Origin: a virus
Lineage: Duplodnaviria > Caudoviricetes
IMG/VR virus record: IMGVR_UViG_3300048599_000870
Location: 1 to 31,011 of that record
Length of the DNA: 31,011 nt
Reading direction: 5' to 3' (one strand)
Shown: positions 25,539 to 31,011 of the stretch, one piece after another
Numbering within the stretch: position 1 is the first letter of the stretch
How the letters are laid out: every line of letters begins with the position of its first letter
Position numbers and translations under genes: made by a program
Notes under the pieces: generated by a model
What the model was told of the DNA's origin: nothing
Seen by the model: only the letters and a program-made list of their open reading frames with translations
Database searches by the model: none

Positions 25539-27173
25539 TCAACCCGGAGCAAAATCATCCGAGTCGACTTCTTCCCCGCCGGCCTCACTCTCGCTCGCCG
25601 CGGTGGCCGGCCATTCGCAATCTTGTCCGATAAGCGTATCGAAAGCGTTACGGCACGCGATCAGGCTCGGAAATGAATAGACCCACACCCGCCGAGCTTG
25701 CTCACTATCGTTGTAACGGCGCCGCACCTGCCGGCGGGCAAGGCCGGGCGCGAGCTTGGCCATCTGCGTTCCAAATGTGCCAACGTCACGCTTGCGGCCG
25801 GCGCCCATCACCTCGCAGGATCGCACATAGTCATCATACAGCGATGCAACCGGCACCTCCTGCAGCCACGAATCGGCGTTACGTGTCTGCGCGCCAACCA
25901 TCAGACAATTTGACCACCATGCATGCAGCGGATCGAGGCTCCGCATTTTCTGTTCCAGCAAGGCGCGGGTGCGAGGAATTTGTCTCAAATTCACCTTGCT
26001 CATATCGAAATGGAGCAAGTCGAACAGCAACCGCTCCAGTCCGCCGGCGGCCAATTCCTCGTCCATTTCCCGGAAATAATCGTGGTTCTGTGCGCAGCGC
26101 GGGTTCACATCCAAAACGCAAAAGCGTCGCTCGCCCATGCCAGCCGGCACAACCCAATCCTCATTCGAGGTCATCATAACCCGCACAAAGTTTTGAACCG
26201 GGATCGGATCGATGCCCTTTTGCTCGATCATGTTTCGCGACGATGTAATAAGGCCCTTGATGCGACCTTCGGCACCCTTGTCGCCGGCCCAAAACGCTTC
26301 CTCGCATTGGACCAAAAGCGCGGCGGATTGAAACGCATTGAAGTGGCCTGTGATGTAGCGCGGGTCATCGACCGGAAAGTAATGGGCCGGGAAAAGCGCA
26401 CCGATCACCTCACCAACCTTCGATTTCCCGACGCCCATGCCACCGCGCAGCACTAGCGCCGTGCCAATCCGCTCGCGCGGGCGCTGGACGATGTGCGCAA
26501 TGAGCCCGAACACCCAATCGAAGAGCGCGGCATCACCATCGCAAACATTGTTGATCAGATGGTCGCGGAAGATATGCCAAGTGCCGTGTTCTGACGGGGC
26601 GACGGCGAAGCCACACCACAAATTGAAATAGCCCGGCGTGCCAAGTTCACCGTCAGGATTCGGAAAAAACTCAACGCCTTGATACTGGCGACGATCTGGG
26701 TGCTGCATCCAAGCTTGCGCCCAAGTAATCGCCTTAACCTTGCTGTCCGCGGTGCGAATTTCCGTGAAGCGATTGGCTAGCAACGCGCGAAAGGCCTCCA
26801 AAGAAATAAAGCGGCGGCGATCGCCGAATGGCCCGTTGGTTTGCTCCTTCAAGACAACGGCTTTGGAGCCCATGACGACAAGCGCGTATTCGCGATTCAA
26901 CGTCTCAACGCTGAAACCCCACGCACGCGGGCCTGCATCGCGCTCGGCACCATCCTCGCCCGCGGCCGGCGCGACGATCAACTCTGGCGATTCCGGTAAG
27001 GAGTCCCCATCGCTGAGAACCCAATTCGACATTTCCCGGTCAACATCGCTCGGAGGCTTCGGCAACGAATCCCCATCTCTGTTGATCCAGTCGGCAATGC
27101 GCCGGGCATGCTCTGTTTCGTCGTCGCCCTCGCGAAATGGCGGCGGGCAACCGGGGTGGTTTTCGTCAGACAT
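25539..27173 (-). CDS. SF3-type helicase (DUF5906/primase-helicase family)
   Basis: FNLWCGF, HIVQRPRER, Walker A GGMGVGKS, VQCEE, MMTSN, ERRF; ATG 27173 with GGAG RBS. Confidence 0.9.
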   Translation of the reverse strand: MSDENHPGCPPPFREGDDETEHARRIADWINRDGDSLPKPPSDVDREMSNWVLSDGDSLPESPELIVAPAAGEDGAERDAGPRAWGFSVETLNREYALVVMGSKAVVLKEQTNGPFGDRRRFISLEAFRALLANRFTEIRTADSKVKAITWAQAWMQHPDRRQYQGVEFFPNPDGELGTPGYFNLWCGFAVAPSEHGTWHIFRDHLINNVCDGDAALFDWVFGLIAHIVQRPRERIGTALVLRGGMGVGKSKVGEVIGALFPAHYFPVDDPRYITGHFNAFQSAALLVQCEEAFWAGDKGAEGRIKGLITSSRNMIEQKGIDPIPVQNFVRVMMTSNEDWVVPAGMGERRFCVLDVNPRCAQNHDYFREMDEELAAGGLERLLFDLLHFDMSKVNLRQIPRTRALLEQKMRSLDPLHAWWSNCLMVGAQTRNADSWLQEVPVASLYDDYVRSCEVMGAGRKRDVGTFGTQMAKLAPGLARRQVRRRYNDSEQARRVWVYSFPSLIACRNAFDTLIGQDCEWPATAASESEAGGEEVDSDDFAPG

Positions 27174-27182
27174 CGGTACTCC

Positions 27183-27217
27183 AAAACGAAAACCCCGGCC
27201 GCCTTTCGGCGCCGGGG
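27183..27217 (-). terminator. Intrinsic terminator directly upstream of the helicase RBS
   Basis: Minus strand CCCCGGCGCC-GAAA-GGCGGCCGGGG-TTTTCGTTTT. Confidence 0.7.
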
Positions 27218-27265
27218 CTGATTCGTCCATCGTGGTCAGATTAGGCGATTCGCGTGTACACAGCG

Positions 27266-27673
27266 TTAATGGTCGCTAGCGCCCCGCGACGTACTCGCAT
27301 ATTTGGTTTCGAAGTACGCAGCCGCCTGCTGAATTATTCTGTCGGTCTCGGCTTTGACATAAGCCGCATCGCTGCCGGGCACGAATTCGGCCTCAACGTT
27401 CAATGCGCTTATTCCCAAGCCTGTTGCGGAAGGCCAATCGCCACCATCCCACATTTCCACCGCTGCTTTTTTGCATTCTCGCAGCAAAACTTTTCGGTCA
27501 CCCGCGGTTGCGGGGCGGTACACTTCTCTAAGCGGTTCTATTGTTTGCTCAATATTGTTGTAGAAAGCCGAAAGTGCCCACTCGTTTGCACCTCTGACAC
27601 GGGCCAGTAGATCGTCAAGCTCTTTCCGCATGACGGCGCCCCTCGCCTCCCGCCACAAATCGAAAAGGCCCAT
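27266..27673 (-). CDS. Hypothetical protein, 135 aa
   Basis: MGLFDLWREARGAVMRKELDDLL...; 3' part of ORF 27266..28219, GGGGG RBS. Confidence 0.65.
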   Translation of the reverse strand: MGLFDLWREARGAVMRKELDDLLARVRGANEWALSAFYNNIEQTIEPLREVYRPATAGDRKVLLRECKKAAVEMWDGGDWPSATGLGISALNVEAEFVPGSDAAYVKAETDRIIQQAAAYFETKYASTSRGASDH

Positions 27674-27844
27674 CACTACCCCCAACCGGACCCGTTGTTT
27701 CTCGGTAGCAAAGCTTATTCGAAACCGAGAGTCTCGGCTTGACCAAAGCTTGACCAATAGATCGCGTGAACCGGACGCGAACAAGACGCCGCGAACGCAC
27801 CGGAAAAACCCAAATTTTTGGGCCTTTCCGGAAAGCCGCCGGCA

Positions 27845-27889
27845 CTCATAACGGTCTGGTTGCAGGTTCGAGTCCTGCCGGGCCCACCA
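27845..27889 (+). repeat. att core (satellite right end), tRNA(CAT) 3' half
   Basis: Identical to 15914-15958. Confidence 0.95.
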
Positions 27890-27905
27890 CGCACCCTCTC
27901 GAACG

Positions 27906-28368
27906 CAGAGATTTCCTGGAAGCACGCAAGAGGCCTCGCGTTGGCGGGGATCTGCGCGCTGCTTTTTTTCGGAGACGGTTTCGCAACGGAGGGCGGGCTG
28001 TTTTGGGGCTGTGTTCTCTGGCCTCAAATTCCCGTTTCCCGGAAACGGAGACGGCGTGCGGCAGAGACCGGTTCGACTATGCGCTGTTTTCGGGAAGTCC
28101 AAGCATCTGATGCTGTCTGGACCATTCGGCTGGCATGTCGACAAGACGGACCACGCCCATGCCACGAGGGAGTTGTCCGGTAACGGCCGCCTGGACCAGA
28201 TTGGGCGCAAGAAAGGCAAGTGATATCGTCATGTTGACCTTGCGGACGCTGCACCGCTCGCGCCTGGCTATGCTATCGGCACGTGCATTGGCATCGGCCA
28301 GGAGTTCAGCTAGCCAGCGGCGGCCCCGCGCGATGGAGGCGACCAGAAGCGCCCGAGACTCCGAACGG
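27906..28368. repeat. Imperfect direct duplicate of 28757-29219 (recombinase 3' end and flank)
   Basis: Both begin CAGAGATTTCCTGGAAG and share TTCCCGTTTCCCGGAAAC and CTGTTTTCGGGAAGTCCAAGCATCTGATGCTGTCTGGACCATTC. Confidence 0.9.
28077..28368 (-). pseudogene. C-terminal remnant of a large serine recombinase
   Basis: RSESRALLVASIARGRRWL...QHQMLGLPENSA*, paralogous to the end of 28928..30523. Confidence 0.85.
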
Positions 28369-28750
28369 CCGAGCGCGCGGGACCGTGATCGCGGTCTTGC
28401 CGAAGCTGCCGGTCAGCGAGCGTGTACGGCTGCCGTGCCGGTGGCCGACAATGTTGGCTACTCCACTGTCAGCATTCTTGGCACGCCCGTACCGCGGGCG
28501 AGACAGCGCCTCATCAAGCTCGCATCGGATCAGTTCTTCGATGAAATCACGAACTCGTCCGCGCACACCGCTCTCGATCGGATCAAACCAGTTGTCGAAA
28601 AGCGGTGTCGGTTGCAGGCTCGAAAGAATCAAGCTTCATGGTAACGTTCGTCATGGCGTAGTCTCCGTTCCGGCGCTCCAACGCCGGATGATTCGAGGTT
28701 AAACACGGAGACTACGCCAACCGAATTCCAACCACTCCCGCTACGCCACC
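28369..28750 (-). mobile_element. IS256-family left end with truncated, frameshifted transposase
   Basis: LFDNWFDPIESGVRGRVRDFIEELIRCELDEAL...RHGSRTRSLTGSFGKTAITVPRAR; ATG 28654 out of frame; 15-bp inverted repeat 28654-28668/28705-28719 in the leader. Confidence 0.8.
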
Positions 28751-28927
28751 CGCTACCAGAGATTTCCTGGAAGTACGCAAAAGGGCGCTGATTGGCGCGA
28801 TCTGTGTGCCGCCTGTTTTCCAGAGACTGCCTCGCGACGGTGGGACGGCGTTTTGTGGGCGGTGTTCTCTGGCCTCAATTTCCCGTTTCCCGGAAACAGA
28901 GACGAGGCGCGGCAGAGACCCGTTCGA

Positions 28928-30523
28928 CTACGCACTGTTTTCGGGAAGTCCAAGCATCTGATGCTGTCTGGACCATTCCGCCGGCAAATCGACAAGGCGG
29001 GCCACGCCAGCCCCACGGGGAAGCCGTCCGGTGACGGCCGCATGGACCAGCCTGGGAGCAAGAAAGGCGAGCGATACCGTCATATTGACCTTGCGGACGC
29101 TACACCGCTCTCGTTTGGCGATGCTTTCGGCACTGGCATTGGCGTCGGTCATCAGTTCAGCCAGCCAGTGGCGGCCGCGCGCGATGGATGCGACCAGAAG
29201 CGCCCGGGACTCCGAGCGGATCGGACGTGCTTGCTGCCGCTCGACCCCAGCGGGCAGAAGAACTTCCCGACGCCGCGTTGTAGCAGCCTTGAGGTATGGG
29301 ACAGTCAAGGTGGTCTTGTCCGCTGGCTCCCGACTCGCGGAACTTGCGTGCTGCTCAAGATAGATGATCACGTGATCCGGATGAACCGCGACGCGCATGA
29401 CGTGAGCGTCTATGAGTGTGCGGTCATCGATCTGCGCAGTTGGCTTGATGTGATCCCTGACGGCCGTTACCACCAGAGCTTCGATCTCCGATGCCGGAAC
29501 CCTGCGGATCGACCCGGCATTCTCGGCCCGGCCCTGGAGCAGGACCGATGATAGATAGTACCGATACCTGACGCCGCCCTTTCGGGCATGGCTTGGGCTC
29601 ATGCGGTTGCCACGGTCGTCAAAGATGCGGCCCATCAGCAGTGCTTCGGACCTCATTCGCTTGGCACTTTGTCCGGTGACTTGTTCAGTCAGCCTGGCCT
29701 GGACAGCATCGAACCGGGCCCGATCGACGATGGCAGGCTGCTCGCCCGGCAGGACCTCCCCCTTGAACAGCACTTCGCCAACATAAAAACGGTTGCGAAG
29801 GAGATGTGCGAGCGGTCCGCGGGTAAACGGGATGCCACCAACCGTCTTGCCGGTCTTGAGCGTTCGCACCTTGGTGACAATGCCAAGTTTGCGCAGATCC
29901 GCCAGCAGTCGCGTGAGGCTGCCAACCTGCAGATAGCGCTCGAAGATGGTTCGGACCACCTGCGCCTCGGCCTTGTTGACTGTGATCTTTCGATCTTTGG
30001 TGTCGTAGCCGAGCGGCGCCATGCCGCCGACCCACAGCCCTTTGCGCTTGGAGGCGGCAATCTTGTCGCGGATGCGCTCGGAGGTTACCTCGCGCTCGAA
30101 TTGGGCGAATGATAGCAGCACATTCAACGTCAGCCGGCCCATCGAAGTGGTGGTATTGAATTGCTGGGTGACGGATACGAAGGTCACCTGGTGCTGGTCG
30201 AACAGTTCGACCAGCTTGGCAAAGTCCGCCAGCGAACGGGTCAGGCGGTCGACCTTGTAGACGACAATGACGTCGATCTTACCGGCCTGCACATCCGCCA
30301 GCAGGCGTTGCAGAGCAGGCCGCTCGGCGTTGCCACCCGAGAAGCCGCCGTCATCATACTTGGCTCGTATCAACGACCAGCCGGCATGGGCCTGGCTCTT
30401 GATGTAGGCTTCGGACGCTTCGTACTGGGCATCAAGCGAGTTGAAGTCCTGCTCAAGGCCATGGTCAGTCGACACCCGCGTATAGATCGCGCAGCACACC
30501 AACTTTGTGGATCTTGCCTTCAT
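28928..30523 (-). CDS. Large serine recombinase
   Basis: AIYTRVST catalytic Ser, DDGGFSG, RPALQRLL, YKVDRLTRS, FAQFERE, recombinase domain. Confidence 0.95.
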   Translation of the reverse strand: MKARSTKLVCCAIYTRVSTDHGLEQDFNSLDAQYEASEAYIKSQAHAGWSLIRAKYDDGGFSGGNAERPALQRLLADVQAGKIDVIVVYKVDRLTRSLADFAKLVELFDQHQVTFVSVTQQFNTTTSMGRLTLNVLLSFAQFEREVTSERIRDKIAASKRKGLWVGGMAPLGYDTKDRKITVNKAEAQVVRTIFERYLQVGSLTRLLADLRKLGIVTKVRTLKTGKTVGGIPFTRGPLAHLLRNRFYVGEVLFKGEVLPGEQPAIVDRARFDAVQARLTEQVTGQSAKRMRSEALLMGRIFDDRGNRMSPSHARKGGVRYRYYLSSVLLQGRAENAGSIRRVPASEIEALVVTAVRDHIKPTAQIDDRTLIDAHVMRVAVHPDHVIIYLEQHASSASREPADKTTLTVPYLKAATTRRREVLLPAGVERQQARPIRSESRALLVASIARGRHWLAELMTDANASAESIAKRERCSVRKVNMTVSLAFLAPRLVHAAVTGRLPRGAGVARLVDLPAEWSRQHQMLGLPENSA

Positions 30524-31011
30524 GGCGCAGTCCCCTTTCTTGGCTCGTCGCGCATGCCGAAGAATTTAGGACCATTCCAGCGGGTGCCGGTGATCACGAA
30601 AGCGACCCTTGACAGGCTGGGATAGATCTTGCCTTTCCAGGCAAACCCGTCGGCCATGACCGTGACCCGGTGCATCTGCCCATTCCATTCGCGACCCAGC
30701 ACCGTGCCGGGTTTGACTCCTCCGCGACCCGGATCACCCTTCACCGCCTGCTGGCCGACCTGTTCGGGAGGGCCGGAACGATCAAGCAAACGCACAATGT
30801 CAGCATCGAGATCGCCCAGCTGCTCCGCCTGGAGACGGTAAGCCAGAACGCGGAACAACAAATGCCGTGGCAGATGCGGCGGAGCCTGCCGCCGGAAAAT
30901 TGTCTGCCATCGCCTGCGAAGCTCGGTGATGCCGAGATCGCGCAACCGCGTAATCTCGGCGTCTAGTATCTCGCGGCCCGGCGGGGCCGGACCGATCCTG
31001 ACGCGAGGCAT
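30520..31011 (-). CDS. DUF2924 protein
   Basis: LAYRLQ...PGTVLGREWNG...YPSLSRVAFVITGTRWNGPKFFG; ATGA overlap with recombinase. Confidence 0.88.
   Translation of the reverse strand: MPRVRIGPAPPGREILDAEITRLRDLGITELRRRWQTIFRRQAPPHLPRHLLFRVLAYRLQAEQLGDLDADIVRLLDRSGPPEQVGQQAVKGDPGRGGVKPGTVLGREWNGQMHRVTVMADGFAWKGKIYPSLSRVAFVITGTRWNGPKFFGMRDEPRKGTAP

Larger units (their letters stand above)
15914..27889 (-). mobile_element. ~12 kb integrative element, putative phage satellite
   Basis: 45-bp direct repeats at both ends, own xis/int, helicase plus iterons, cos-like site, capsid fusion and tape measure; predicted excised circle 11,931 bp. Confidence 0.85.

Noticed and set aside
27815-27889. Intact tRNA at the second att site (GGGCCT at 27820 resembles an acceptor strand)
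   Set aside because: Too close to the anticodon (25 nt instead of about 31), no D-arm, and the anticodon stem does not pair
27266-28219. 317-aa ORF as a single gene
   Set aside because: Crosses the att core and non-coding recombinase flank; only 27266-27673 looks like a real gene
27906-29219. Duplicated 463-bp segment as a DGR template/variable pair
   Set aside because: Differences are not adenine-restricted and look like ordinary paralogue divergence; no reverse transcriptase in the window

Overview
GC-rich DNA that looks alphaproteobacterial (Hyphomicrobiales-like, inferred from gene content). It holds three mobile elements in tandem at a tRNA(CAT) integration hotspot. (1) 1-15958 is the right part of a lambdoid prophage: replication initiator with internal iterons, HNH nucleases, two DNA methyltransferases, DUF2303, a Gly-Tyr/Asp repeat protein, a cro/cI switch with five 17-bp operators, a lipoprotein, early genes and overlapping xis/int. 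(2) 15914-27889 is a ~12 kb element bounded by an identical 45-bp direct repeat equal to a tRNA(CAT) 3' half. All its genes are on the minus strand: SF3-type helicase with an adjacent iteron array, a lambda-like cos signature, a tail tape-measure protein, a membrane cargo gene, a DUF6456-like regulator, a ClpP-major capsid fusion and xis/int. I recognise no terminase, portal, tail tube or repressor in it. It is the best candidate for an unusual system: a cos-carrying phage satellite that supplies its own capsid and tail ruler. (3) 27906-31011 is a DUF2924/large serine recombinase module preceded by a truncated duplicate of its own end and an IS256-family fragment. All family names come from recognising motifs by eye; no searches were run.
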